55,871 bases of DNA, from IMG/VR virus record IMGVR_UViG_3300044950_000794, positions 1 through 55,871 of that record. One strand, written 5' to 3'. Shown here piece after piece: positions 29,488-41,241 of the stretch. The translations under genes and the position numbers were made by a program. Every line of letters starts with the position of its first letter. Positions within the stretch are counted from its first letter, which is position 1. Under the pieces are notes generated by a model. That model saw nothing but the letters and a program-made list of their open reading frames with translations, did no database searches and was not told where the DNA came from. The stretch comes from a virus. Lineage: Duplodnaviria; Caudoviricetes.

Positions 29488-30170
29488 CTTTCAACGTCCG
29501 GTCCGAAAGGCGGATAGTCCCCGGTTGAGCACACCTCGTCCCACCGGCTAAGTCCGCTGAACAATTCCACTTGCTCGCTGAAGACCACGCCCCGCTCACG
29601 CTTGCGCTGCATCCATAGCGTGGCCTGAACAGCGGGCACGGGTATCTTGTGTTGTCTGGCCAAGCGCTGCACCACCCGCTCAATCTGGTCATAGACCCCC
29701 GGCTTCATGTACGGCACGGCCTCTTTCATAGTGAGGTGCTTGCCAGCCCACACCCCGAGCATGTGGCCATCCACTGTCACCAGCTTGGAGGTCTGAGGAT
29801 AAAGCAGGTTGTGTCTGAAGGACGTGGTCTTGCGCCCGGCCACGGTGTCAAGAAAGCTGACCGCCCCGGTGGCATAGCTGAAGGCACGGGCTGCGCACGC
29901 GTTGTACGTGCTGACCACCACGGTATCTAGGCCCCGGCCTGTTGCGACCGCGAAGAGAACGCTTGCCAGTGATCGCAAGTTGCCGTGATAGTCGTTGTTC
30001 GGGGACAGGGCTGCGAAGGCCTCAACGGTCGGCACTATGCCCACCCCGTACAACTCACTGAACGCACGCAGCGTCAGGTGATAGTTGGGGTAGGCTTTCA
30101 GGCCCATGGCCTTGTCGTTGTCGGTTGCCCGCGCCATGGCATCAATGAGGTTCTCGCTATGGCCGGTCAC
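29445..30170 (-). CDS. Conserved phage protein, possible HhH-glycosylase-like fold
   Basis: G...Y, A.LSP, G.K...F..N, VTVDGH and QA.LW motifs; GTG start overlapping the upstream stop. Confidence 0.6.
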   Translation of the reverse strand: MTGHSENLIDAMARATDNDKAMGLKAYPNYHLTLRAFSELYGVGIVPTVEAFAALSPNNDYHGNLRSLASVLFAVATGRGLDTVVVSTYNACAARAFSYATGAVSFLDTVAGRKTTSFRHNLLYPQTSKLVTVDGHMLGVWAGKHLTMKEAVPYMKPGVYDQIERVVQRLARQHKIPVPAVQATLWMQRKRERGVVFSEQVELFSGLSRWDEVCSTGDYPPFGPDVESWREWYWARKAAKP

Positions 30171-32746
30171 GCCTTGCGGCTCCCAGACCACACCGCGATA
30201 CGCCACCCGATGTTGAACCACCACGCGTTGACCACCTTCTGCCGTAGCCACCGCTTCCATTCCCGGCTAGCGGTCAGGCCGTCGTGGTAGTAGTCAACAT
30301 CGTCGTCAATCTCCCAGCCATCGCCCCGCGACCACACCACAGTCAGATTCTCGACCGTGTAGGTCCAGCCCTCGCGCAGTTCGGCCCGGTCGATGCCCAG
30401 CATATCTTCTATGAGGTAATCCCATCCGACCGTTTCGTGGGCACCGCCCGCGCACCCGCTGTAGTCCTCTACGTCAAACTCAAAGACGTCAGGGCGGTTG
30501 GCTGACACGTAGAACTCAAGGTGCCCCGGCCCGTTCCAGTGGTTTCTCAAGTCCTCGGCGCTAGGGGTGAAGTCATCAAACTCCTCGACCACCTTAAACT
30601 CTCCGTCGTCTGCGCACTCAAAGACCTGCACAAGGGAACGGTCTTCGCCGCCCACGTCAACGCCAATAGTCATTAACGTCTGATTAGTGCTAGTCACGGT
30701 TGAAGAGGTGCGTCGGTAGTACTCCTCATTAGTCTCTCCCGGCGCGCGGGGAGGGACCACATAGGCAACACCGGGTGGTATACGTGGGTCTGTCATGACC
30801 TCAATGCCAGCCCTAGCCGTCAGTCGATCCCACGCCGGTGGGCCGTCAAGTTTGTCAACCACGTTTCTCTCCTGTTGCTGCCCACGTGTGGTAAACCATT
30901 AGGGTTACAGTGTCAAGCCTGTCACGGCGCACCGGGTGCGGCTAGCGCTCCTCAGGGAAGGTGGCACGTAGCGCCCGAAGGACAAGCCGCCAGACGTTAT
31001 ACGACAGGCGCGGGTAGCCATCGACACGCCCTTCGCGTAGGGGTTTGTCAAGCACACCCTGAAGCGTGCCGCCCTTGCGTCCGACCCTGACGCGATAGTC
31101 TGCCAGCTTGTCATAGCGGCCTTTACCGGCCCCGCCCACATTGTCTATGACCATCTGCCCGAGCGTCTCGACTTTGCCCGTGCGGGCACTGTGCAGTTCG
31201 ATCTTGACTATCAGCATGTGCTCACCCCATCCGCTTCAGGTCGTTTGACAGCGCGTTTGCGCCGGGGTGGTCGTAGGCGGTCAGGTTCATAGCCATACCG
31301 GCCACCTCCCCGTCCTTAACGTGCACCTGCACAAGTATAGCCGCGCCCCCCATCATGGCTATCATGTCCGCTGAGTTTAGACGCCATACCGCCGTGACGA
31401 CGCGCTGCCCGCTGACCATGTCTTGCCCGAGATACACGGGGTCGTCACTGATAACGCTGGCCTTGCGGCGTGGCGTCTTGGTTGTCCTGATACTGTGCAT
31501 GTGGTTACCCCATTGACCCCGCCTCTGGCACGTCCGCGTAGTCAACCGACGCTTCGATGCGTCTGCAATCACGCAGCTTCGCCCAGAAGCGGTGTGCCTT
31601 CTTGAAGCCGCGCTTCGCCACCGGTGCCAGCCTGTCACCGAACGGCCCTGCGTCCGTCACGAGGAAGGATAGGCTGGAATACTCCTTCGCCCCCTGCCTG
31701 ATGTATACCCGATCCACGGTCAGTTCGGACCCGGCTGGTACGGTCGCGGTCGGGAGGTATTGGCCCATCATGTGCCACGTCGCCCGGTCGAACTCCGGTA
31801 GAGCCTCCACGTCCAGCACGGCCCTTCTCGACCCATGCTCTCGGATGGCAAGGTCGCGCTCAAAGTAGTAGCGTTCGCTCTCTGGAAATGGGCGGGTCAA
31901 GTAGTAGTTCTTCCCGGTGACCACACCTACCCGGAGCATGATGGCTTCCCACGGCGTGCCCACGTCCATGAGGCCCAAGGCGCGGGCGAACTCATGGTTG
32001 CGTCCCTCTTGGTGCAGAGGGAACGTCCAAGCCTCTGTAAGGCGAAGTCGGTCGCCAATATCAATCAATGTCAGCATCTGGTTTCCTAAACGGTAAGGGG
32101 TCAAGATGGAAGCCGCACGCGGCGGCGTGAAGCATGGCCTCAGCCTCAAGATAGTCGGACAGATACGGCCCGGCCCATGGCCCGATATCCTTCATGTAGT
32201 CTCCCGCGTTCTCTGGGGTCCAGCGTGGGTCGCGCTTGTCTGTGATGATAACACTGACGACGCGGTACGGTGCGCTCACCGACCGGCCACAAGACACCCG
32301 ACCTGTGAGCATGGGGCCACGGTGCAGAGGCAGGGTGACCCATTGTGGTGCAGGCGTGTCGGTCAATCCACCACCTCAATCAACAGCGTTCGACCTTCCA
32401 GTAAATGCACCCGCATGACATTCAGCGTGTGGGTAAGCATGGCCTTGAACCGGTCTTGCATGTCTTGCGACGTTATCTCGTGCAGGTCGTGAAAGCGGGG
32501 CCATACCCAAGCAGGGTCGGTCATTGTCCCCCGCACCCGGTCAAGGTCTTCTGCGGTCATCACCTTCCAGTCAGGTGACCCGTGGCCGGGGAACAAGGCT
32601 TGTGTCAGGCTGCCAAACTTGCGCCATCCAGCCACCTCTACCCACCGCGTGCCCTCGGGTGGGTCAGGCATAAAGGGGTCAACGCCCCCGGCATTTGACT
32701 CGCGCTTGGCCATGTATATGGTAAGTTCCAGCCCCATGTTACGCAC
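30167..32746 (-). CDS. Run of hypothetical genes (30167-30862, 30942-31217, 31222-31500, 31505-32077, 32061-32366, 32363-32746)
   Basis: Tightly tiled minus-strand ORFs; starts adjusted to avoid large overlaps; no function recognised. Confidence 0.55.
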
Positions 32747-33248
32747 GCTCGCTTTCCTTGTGGGCGACCCCGCCGAAGTTCATCATGTTGTAGTAGCCCT
32801 TCAGGTACGTCTCGTCGGTGCTGTCTGTGATATAGCACCCGAAGATAGTGTTCCGAAACGTGCGCTTGTCCACCTCGGTGGTCTCTTCCCAGCGGTATCC
32901 GAACACCGGGAACTTGCCGGTCAGATAGTCCTCAAGGGCCTTCATGCGCTGTTGCCCGTCGATCAGCAGGTTGTCAAACTTGCTACCTTCGTCCCGGTCC
33001 CGGTTGAATGTGTATGTGCCAATGGTCAGGCCCATCCACAGGCTCTCCACCAGCTTCACTGATTGCGCCTCGGTCCACACAAAGGGGCGTTGCCACGACG
33101 GCAGGCGGAACCCCATCACCATACGCTCGCTCAGTTGCGGCGAACCGGCCTCTTTCCACTTCTCAAACTCCCGCACGGCCTCCCCCACGCAGAAGGCCAC
33201 GGGACGGCCAAGGTCAGCAGGTTTCGGCATTAAGCGCAGTGCGGTCAT
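32739..33248 (-). CDS. Stand-alone DUF262 (GmrS/DndB/ParB-superfamily) protein
   Basis: LP.WQR.FVW...Q...LVESL..G..IG and LIDGQQR motifs. Confidence 0.85.
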   Translation of the reverse strand: MTALRLMPKPADLGRPVAFCVGEAVREFEKWKEAGSPQLSERMVMGFRLPSWQRPFVWTEAQSVKLVESLWMGLTIGTYTFNRDRDEGSKFDNLLIDGQQRMKALEDYLTGKFPVFGYRWEETTEVDKRTFRNTIFGCYITDSTDETYLKGYYNMMNFGGVAHKESERA

Positions 33249-33333
33249 AGCGGTCTTCCCTTTGGTTGCCCGCACCCGGTGCGGTTCATAGGGCTTATGT
33301 AAACCTAAAGGGTTACACTGTCAAGCCCCCCCC

Positions 33334-34032
33334 CTACGCACTTTTCATGCCGTCTCTGAACAGCATCTTCTCGTACACGCTCATGGAACCTACTGCGTGG
33401 TTGCATGCTAGGCAGGCTATCACGAGGTTTGACGCTGCGTCTGGGCCGCCCGCTGACTTGGGGACGACGTGCTCAAAAGTGGCCAACGCGGCGGTGCTTG
33501 ACGCGGTAAGGCTCATCAGCGTGCCACAGTAGAAGCACAGCCACTCTTGTCGCTCACATAGCAGTTTCTTCAGGTTGATGCGGTTCTTGTGGTTGGTCGG
33601 GCGGTACCCGGTCACGCCTACAGGTTCGGACGGGGCAATGACGGCGGCTTCTGTGATGGGGGTGTCTTCGGGCGTTATAAGGTCCATAGCCCCGGACGGG
33701 CTACTTAGGCGCTCACGGCGTCTGCGTGCGTGGGGCTGGTCTGTCTCGGCGGGCGCGACCGGTGCGGGCGGCGGTGTGTCGTCACGCATGGCTTTCTCGA
33801 CTAGGCTGAGAACCCCGTAGTCATTGCACGTCCATCGCCGCCCGCCTTGCGCGTTGGTGTACAGGATAAGTGTGGCCTTCCCGAAGCGCCATCTGGTTAT
33901 CTCCCATTCGCTTGTGGGTGGTAGCTTGGTGCCCCCTGCCCCGTGCAACCATGCCTCAAGTTTTTCCAGTTCAAGCCCCGTCATCGGCAACGTCTGGAAC
34001 CCGGCCACCACTGGCCCCACGGTTGAACTCAT
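33334..34032 (-). CDS. HNH endonuclease
   Basis: CFYCG...ATFEHVVPKS.GG....NLV.AC..CN..G. Confidence 0.9.
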   Translation of the reverse strand: MSSTVGPVVAGFQTLPMTGLELEKLEAWLHGAGGTKLPPTSEWEITRWRFGKATLILYTNAQGGRRWTCNDYGVLSLVEKAMRDDTPPPAPVAPAETDQPHARRRRERLSSPSGAMDLITPEDTPITEAAVIAPSEPVGVTGYRPTNHKNRINLKKLLCERQEWLCFYCGTLMSLTASSTAALATFEHVVPKSAGGPDAASNLVIACLACNHAVGSMSVYEKMLFRDGMKSA

Positions 34033-36954
34033 GCTTCGCGCCCCTTACGCATGGCCCGCTCACGTGCCCTTCGCACTTGCCGGGTGTTGACTGCCTCGTT
34101 GGCCTTGGCGTGCTCAGCGGCCCGCTCCTGCGTTGTCGGGGCTATGCCGCGTGGCACAGTAACCGGCTGCCCGGTTTTGGCGTCATATCGACCTGAGTAG
34201 GTGCCATACATCATGTCCAGAAGTTCAAGGCCTTCGTCGCGGATAGGTGGGAAGCTGGTGATGTTCGTGGTCTTGATTTCAATACCCGTCTCACGCTCGA
34301 CCGTTGCGAGTGCCGCGAATAGGGCGGGGTTGCCCCCTGTCACCAGTAGTCTTGTCACACCAGCCCCCGCTCTTCTAGGAACCACTGCTCAGCCGTGATG
34401 ATACAGACAACGCCCCTCACCAAAGGCTGGCCATGGGCTTCGCCAACTTCGCACTGCGACAAGGGCAACCAGATATCCTTTCCGCCCTCCTCTTCCTTCA
34501 CGCACACTGCCTTGGCTGTCTGCGTCTGATATAGCACTTCCACGTCCGCGATGTTGGACCGCCCCGCCCCGCTCATAGCGTGCCCTCGCCTTTGAGGAAT
34601 TGGCGCTGGCAGAATGCAGCCATGTCGCCCCCCCTATCAAGGTCAAGAACGCTTACTTGGATGCCGTCTTTCAGGGCCTTGGCCGCAGTTGAACCATCGG
34701 TCAACGCGGTCAGGAACTGCAACGCATAGCGCGGGGCCGGGAACAGTTCGCGCAGTCGGCGTGATGCACTCGCCGGGGTGGCCCACACCTCAGGCGCTTC
34801 GCCCTCAATGGCGATGGGGTAAATGGTTGTGGTCATGCCGCGTCCTCCTCTTGTTGGTCAGGGATGATGGTGTGCTCTGCCACCGGCTGCATCAGTCCAG
34901 AACTCACAGGGTGGGCACTGTACAGGATGGGGGTGGCCGTGTTCTTGAACTCTAGGTTGGCTTCAAGGATGGCATCCTCAAGGGTCTTCCCGGCCAAGAT
35001 ATGCCCGATGATCCGGGCGGCTTGTCTAGGCGGTGCTGCCTTGTCGAAGGTAACGCTGACCAGAAGGGTGTGGTGGGTCTTACTCATAGGGGCTGCCCTC
35101 GTAAATGTCCTCGCCCGGCGCGGTAGCGTCAAGGCCCTCAATGATGCCTTGCCACCCTTCATAGGCTGAAAGGATCAGCGCTGACAGGTTGTCATCGACA
35201 ATGCACCACGGGCCGTTGCGTCCGTCCTGCGTCGGCAGTTCGCCTTGGCCATGTGCCTCAATGACCATAAACGCACCGGGGAAGTCCGTGTTCGCCCGTG
35301 GGTCGCGCTTTCCGATAATGAAGCCAAACTTCTTCAAGCGCATGGCCTTGGCGTGGATGGCGTCGGCGTAGTCTTGTGCCCGGCAATCCGCATGCCCCCA
35401 GACGGCGTCTCGGTTGTACCCGTGGTCATTGGCGGGAAGAACCGTGTCGCTGCTGATATAGGCCTTGTCGCCCAAGCGCAGCACGGTAACACCGTGATCT
35501 GTCTTCTGTCGAACCCCGTAGGTGTCCAGAAGCCACTGGTTTTCTTTGATGGTTTTCATGCGGTCTCTCCCAGTTTGCTGCCTGCCCGTGGTAAACCATT
35601 CGGGTTACAACGTCAATGCCCTTCGTGGGGGGTTATCTGCTCTCGAAGGTAAACATGCGCACGCTGATAAACGCGGGCGGGACAGGGTCACACCATCCGG
35701 TTCCCTGACACACGGCCATAGGCCCCCACATTGCAGTGATGTACGCCTTACCCCCTGCGTTCAATGCGGGCATGGCCTGCCCAAAGGCAAGGGCCACGAA
35801 TAGGCCAAAGGCAAGGTAGGCGGCGGTCAGCGCACTAAGCAGGCTTTTCATAATAGGTCTTCCTTCCTGTATGCTCGGCTCAGGCCGATGCGTTCTCGCA
35901 CTGGTCAAGGGCTTCTTGCAGTGTGTCGTCAAGTTCCGTGAGTGCGTTGGCCGCCTCCTCAAGCCCCGTGGCCGCTGCGTCGGCAATCTCGCCTTTCTCG
36001 CTGCCCTGTAGCCCCTCGGGCATGTTATCGTAATACTCACGTTCCTCCTCTGAAGCGCCGGTAATGATGGCGGCGGCAACCGCAAGCAAGTCTTTGGCTT
36101 CTTCGATCTTGGCCACGGCGCTCGCTATGGCCTGACGGCGGGTCTTGTTCATTCTCAGAACTCCTCGTTGTATTGGCGTGCTACACGGGCAGAGCACTCT
36201 TTGATCAGTTCGTCCTTCCGTGCTTCCAGCTTGGCCATGGCTGCGTTGATGGCCCGCACCTCGCTGGTGATCTGGTCATCAAGCATGTGGGCCGGGTTGG
36301 TGGTGCATACGGTTGCGCTGGTCATGGTGGGTCTCCTTTTCGGGGTGGGGTTACATGCGGCCAGTGTGCAGGCTCACGGCCAACTCAAGCATGGTGTCTT
36401 CCAGCCATGCAACAGCTTTGGCGTTGTCTTCAGCCCGCTTTGCTTTAGCTTCAGGTGCGTCATAGGCGGCTTTGGCGGCCTTGGTTCCAGCGGCAAAGCC
36501 TGCTTCCCAGTACCCGCGCGCCGTGCCCGTGTAAGCAAAGCGCCCGCTGATGCCATTGCCTGCCATGGCGTGGGCGTAGCCTGCGTCATATGCTTCTTGG
36601 GTGCTCATGGCTGGTCTCCTTGTTGCCGGGCGCGTCATGCGCCGTTGTTATCAATGTAAACCATTCGGGTTACAATGCAAGGGGGGTCATGCCGATTTAT
36701 CGCAAAAAGTTTGGGGGGCCTCAGCCCCCCGCCATTTCCGCCCGCGAACCTGCGAGGCCCTTGTGGATCGCCTCAAGGATAAGGTTGGCGCACCCCGGCC
36801 CGCGCTTGCAGGCACAACCGGTCACGGAGCACAGAAGGTAGGTGCTGTCCTGCCCCTTGAAGGTCTCGGTCAGGTTGGTGGCAGGTATGGCCACGATACA
36901 CCGGTCAACCCGCGATGCGGGAGCGGCGGTAACGAACTCAGCGACGTGCATCAT
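34029..36954 (-). CDS. Run of small hypothetical genes (incl. 34355-34576, 34573-34836, 35080-35559, 35880-36152, 36351-36608, 36721-36954)
   Basis: Coupled ORFs with RBSs. 35880-36152 has the recurrent phage motif MNK.RR..I...EE.EYYDNMPE.LQ.SEKG. An ORF ending at 35633 has a membrane segment. Confidence 0.55.
36703..36731 (-). terminator. Intrinsic terminator
   Basis: GGGGGGC-TGAG-GCCCCCC followed by AAACTTTTT on the minus strand, just upstream of the next promoter. Confidence 0.6.
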
Positions 36955-37120
36955 GTTAGCCCTCCTTGTTGGCATCTGTGCTCAGTGCATGCAGACAGCG
37001 CACAAGGGGCGGCCCCTGTCAACAGAGGTGCGCGGGTGCCCGGCAATGAGGGCGCATTGAGCGGGATTCCTGTGGCCTGTACGCCACGCTTCCCGCACGC
37101 GCTGGTTGCTATGTACTAGG

Positions 37121-37160
37121 AAAAGCAAAACGCCGTCACCTCTTGGGGGGTGACGGCGTT
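37121..37160 (-). terminator. Intrinsic terminator
   Basis: 12-bp stem AACGCCGTCACC/GGTGACGGCGTT followed by TTGCTTTT. Confidence 0.8.
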
Positions 37161-37218
37161 AGGGACGGTGTAGGGGTGGGGTGGGGTACTCCTGCCCCCT
37201 AACGCCCGTCAAACGGCG

Positions 37219-39918
37219 TCAACGCCGGGCGTGAGGGCTGGCCTCCTCGCCGGTGTCTGTGCCGTCATCGTCGCCGCCATCTTCAGGATCACCGGCGCGC
37301 ATAAGGAAAGGCTGAGCCAAGCGGTGCAGGCCGGTCTTCAAATACTGAACCTCGCGGGTCGGACGCAGAGCGTGGCCAGTCGGCATGGCAAAGTCAGCGC
37401 GGGCGGGCATCAGCCAATCCATGGCGAAGATCAAACCATCATAAGCGAAGGTCGCCAAGCGTTGCACGCTGTCGAAGAAAGTGTCAGCAATGGCGGCCAT
37501 GTGCATGATCAGCGTGTACAAGGCGTGGTGCAGTCGGTGCGGTTTCATGTCTCGTCCTCTCGGTTGGTGCCCCTGTCTTCTCTGCCTTGCGCCGGGGCTT
37601 GGGGTGCGCTCGGTGTCTTGACTATGGCGCAACGTGCGCCCTAGGTCAACAGCAGTATCAGCGTAGTGGCCAGCGCCAAGGCCACCAGAACCACGGGGGT
37701 GGGGGACAGTTTCTTGCCGCCCGCCTGCACCGCGTTGTCACGGGGCGGTGCCTCCTGCCCCGGCTCTGCGGCTTGGCCCTGCAAGGGTGCCCGCACCGGG
37801 TGCGTTACGTCTGTGAGGTGTTCTCGCATCAGGTCAACCATGCGCTCTTGACCATCGCCTATCTTGACCAGCAATCCACGCAAGGTCTGAAGCCGCTGCT
37901 CGTAGGTGGCTACCAGTCTGAGCATGTCGGTGGTGTGGGCCTTGGTTGGCTTGGCTTCTCCGCGCGTCACGCGGCGGGCATGGGCCACGATAGCCAACGC
38001 CTCAGCCGGTTTCATGTGCGGGGTGGTCGGCGCGTCATTCATCATCACATATCCTCAATGACCTGATAGCGGGCCGGGATAAACTCGCTGATCGGGCGGT
38101 TGAATGTCAATAGCCCATAGAAGGGGCCTATAGGTGTGTAGGTTGCGGTCAGAACCATGTCGTGCTCACGGTAGCTGATATCCGTCACGTGGTAAATCTG
38201 GCCGCTCTTCAGGTGCAGGAACTTGCGGTTGTGCAGCATACGTCTTGCCGTGGTCAGCCCTGCCATGAGTACGGCATCGGTCTTCCTGTCAGTGCTTGTC
38301 ATTTTGCTCTCGCCATGTTGGTGGTTCGGTGGTCATAGCGCGTCACACGGCTTGGGTTGCTTGGGTGTCACAATGACACGGTACCTGCACCGCGTTCCGG
38401 GTCTGATCTTGTGCACCCCGCCATACCCCTTGCGGCTGCCAGTGTACACCGGCTCAGCGTACATGGTCTCGCCTCGGAAGGTGGTATAGGCCCCCACCAC
38501 AAAGCATCCACCTGATTGCTCTGCCAGTACCCATGCCCGCGAGTTCGCCTTTCGGCCCGTCAAGCTACAGGACTTCTTCATTCTTTGTCTCCCCATACTT
38601 GCACGTCAGACACATGGATAGCATCAGGCCCGGCGATGTTGAGCAATGACCCCACCAGCATCTTGTACCGGCCCTCTTCGTCTGCGGCCAAGAAGGCGTA
38701 CCGGCGCTCGCGTGCCCATATGTGCTCTGGCATACAACAAGAGAAGTCAGGGCAACACTCGCCTGTCCTCAGGTCATCAACCGCACCGGGTGCGGTGCCA
38801 CCGGGTGACCACGGGTTGTGCCACGGCCTGCCCTCACACCACTCACGCAGTTGATGGGCTTGTGCCTCGGCGTAGCTTGTGTGCACGGGCGCTGCACTTG
38901 AGGCCATTACGCTCTTAGGCGTAGCCCCAAGCGCAGTGACGATAGCGTCTGCCACCAGTTCGGCTTGGGCCTTGCTCATGCGCACCCCGCCATGCTCTGT
39001 CATGGTGCCACCTCGCCGCCGTCGAACAGGTGCCACACGGAGAGGCCGTGTGTCTGGTACGTGCTGATATAGGTCATGTCACTGAGTTCAGGGGTAAGCC
39101 ACCCCGTGCCTACCACGGATACCCGGCGCATGACCTTAGAGGCCTCAGGGTTAACCAGTGCCCACATGAACAGATCGCCTGCCTGCGCGCCAAGGCTGAG
39201 GAGTTTCGCCCCGGTGGGCATCTTGATGTTCTGCCCCTCCTCAATCCTCACGGGGTACTTGAATACAGTAAGTGTCATGGCTTGCTCCTTGTGGCCGTTG
39301 CTGCTACTTGCTTGTAACCCTAATGGGCTACAGTGTCAAGCCCGGCTCGCCTGCGAAGAACTGCTCCAACGCCTTGGCCATGACCTCACACATAGCCTTC
39401 TGTAACTCAGGGTCGCGCAGCGTATCGGTGTTGCACATGATTGCGATCTGACCAGCGAACCTGCCATCATCCTCGTGGAAATGGACTGAACCGCCGACAA
39501 CGCTTGAGTATGCGCCAACTTTGACTTTCATCAGGTCAGTCCTTTATCCAGCGTTCTGGGGTCATGTCTGCGGCTCCTTGATCAGGGTGAGGATGGCGTT
39601 GTGGTTCGCCCACCCTGCATGTCGCCGCCCGTCTGCATAATCTCCGCTCACGAAATCTGTATTCGGGGTGCAAATGCGAGCCGCCTCACGCAGCGCATCC
39701 GCCCGCACCTCTGCCAGCATCGCGGCAAGCGCGGCGGGGTCTAGGGCTGCGCATAGGGCGTCTGACTGCTTTTTAAGTTCCGCGTAGTCAAGCGCATGAA
39801 CCCATTTCTGCCCGTCAACATTCGGGCCACCGTTGGTTGTGCACACTCGCGGGCATTTTGGCCTCTGCATTGCCTCGATCAGCGGCGCGACAAGGCGGGA
39901 TAGGTCAATGGGGGTCAT
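37219..39918 (-). CDS. Run of hypothetical genes (incl. 37641-38048 with C-terminal TM, 38045-38302, 38578-39003, 39000-39278, 39328-39531, 39562-39918)
   Basis: Tiled, ATGA-coupled ORFs. 38045-38302 resembles DUF1653 (H.K.G..Y.V...RP..EF); 39000-39278 has the recurrent V.KY....I.MP.GA..L...Q.....WA.V motif. Confidence 0.55.
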
Positions 39919-41237
39919 GCTGCACCGCCTTTCATGATTATGTGCTCTGCTTGTGCTGGGGTGGGGATGGCAGTGTCCTTAAACAGTTGTGGGTGCTTGA
40001 GTGATCGCAACCCAAGCATTTTTAGTTCTGAATACAGACGCATCCACTCGTCGCCACATGCTGCGGACCGGAGACCCGCTCTTGTAGCGTGGTAAAGAGC
40101 CTCGCCGGGGTTAACAGAGTGGGGCGGTGCGTATACCGGGCATCCACGGGCTTTGTCATAAGCCGCGTCATGGGCTGCAATCAGCGAGGCAGCGTCCATC
40201 ACACGCAGTTCTGGCGGGATATCAGACCGGCTCACACCTATGTGCGGCGTGCCGTGGTGCTCGCATCCCTCGTCTTCACATAGCCCCCCGTGGGCCTTGC
40301 CAGATGCAGGGAGCGTGTCTCCATAGAAGGGTGCCCAGCCTACTACCTCCCCTTCGCCTTGCGTGAAGCAGTCCTGTTCCCAGTTCCATCCCGCGAAGTC
40401 CCACCGGTCTTCATCCGTGTCCTGTAGGTTGTTGAAGCCTATCGTCCACGCAAGCCCGGCGTCCTCAATCGCGTTTGCTCCGTCCTCCCGGTAGTCAACG
40501 AGCAATCTCAGCAGGGTTCCGTCCTTTGGCGCGGTGCCCATAGCGTTGACCTTAGGCCACCACGCGGGTGTTGGGTCACCTTCTGGCGCACCGGGTGCGG
40601 CTTGTTGGGGCGGGTCCATGGGAACCAGCCCGTTACCGTAGGCCGCGTTGATGGCGTCCTCAAGCTGAGGGTACAGGCCAAGCCGCACCATCATGCCCCG
40701 CACCGTTGAGTGTCGGCCCACACGGGTATCGTCAGTCTCTATGACGTGGTTTAGGATATACTCCTGCCCGGCTGCCTTCAGGACGTCCTCAACCGATAGC
40801 ATGTCCACGACCTCCTTACTGCCTTCCTTAACCGCCATGATCACCGTGGCATACTCGTCAAGTGCCATGCTGTCATTAGGGTGGGTCAGGTGCCGTTGCA
40901 GTATGGGCAAGGCCCACTCGGCTTGTACGAGTAAATCGTCGCGGTGCGTACGCAGGTTGCGCACTATCATGTGATGCTCGTTGCGCGCCCGACGATCTGT
41001 CTCGGCGTTGATGCGATTACCGTCCAGTAGCGCCTTCTCACGCAACTCTGCGGCCACAAGACGCTTGCGCAACTCGACCACCTCTAGCCGCAGAGCATCC
41101 CGCTCAATGACGACCGCGTGCGTCTCCTTCCACGGTACCCACGCCCCGTCGGCCCGGCGCAACATGAGTGCGGCGTAACCATCTGTGCCACGTTCCAGCT
41201 TGAAGCGGGGCAGTGTCGTTGCGGTATTCTCGGTCAT
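39915..41237 (-). CDS. Mosaic hypothetical protein with DUF551-like TAPKDGT module
   Basis: 440 aa; coiled-coil N-terminus; M.TAPKDGT...W....W module typical of phage accessory proteins. Confidence 0.65.
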   Translation of the reverse strand: MTENTATTLPRFKLERGTDGYAALMLRRADGAWVPWKETHAVVIERDALRLEVVELRKRLVAAELREKALLDGNRINAETDRRARNEHHMIVRNLRTHRDDLLVQAEWALPILQRHLTHPNDSMALDEYATVIMAVKEGSKEVVDMLSVEDVLKAAGQEYILNHVIETDDTRVGRHSTVRGMMVRLGLYPQLEDAINAAYGNGLVPMDPPQQAAPGAPEGDPTPAWWPKVNAMGTAPKDGTLLRLLVDYREDGANAIEDAGLAWTIGFNNLQDTDEDRWDFAGWNWEQDCFTQGEGEVVGWAPFYGDTLPASGKAHGGLCEDEGCEHHGTPHIGVSRSDIPPELRVMDAASLIAAHDAAYDKARGCPVYAPPHSVNPGEALYHATRAGLRSAACGDEWMRLYSELKMLGLRSLKHPQLFKDTAIPTPAQAEHIIMKGGAA

Positions 41238-41241
41238 GGCC

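Noticed and set aside
33334-34032. HNH as an intron-encoded homing endonuclease or terminase-associated HNH
   Set aside because: No interrupted host gene around it and it is far from the packaging genes; it is simply the last gene of a coupled run.
37161-37200. G-rich tract as a G-quadruplex element
   Set aside because: A single occurrence in GC-rich DNA with no supporting context.
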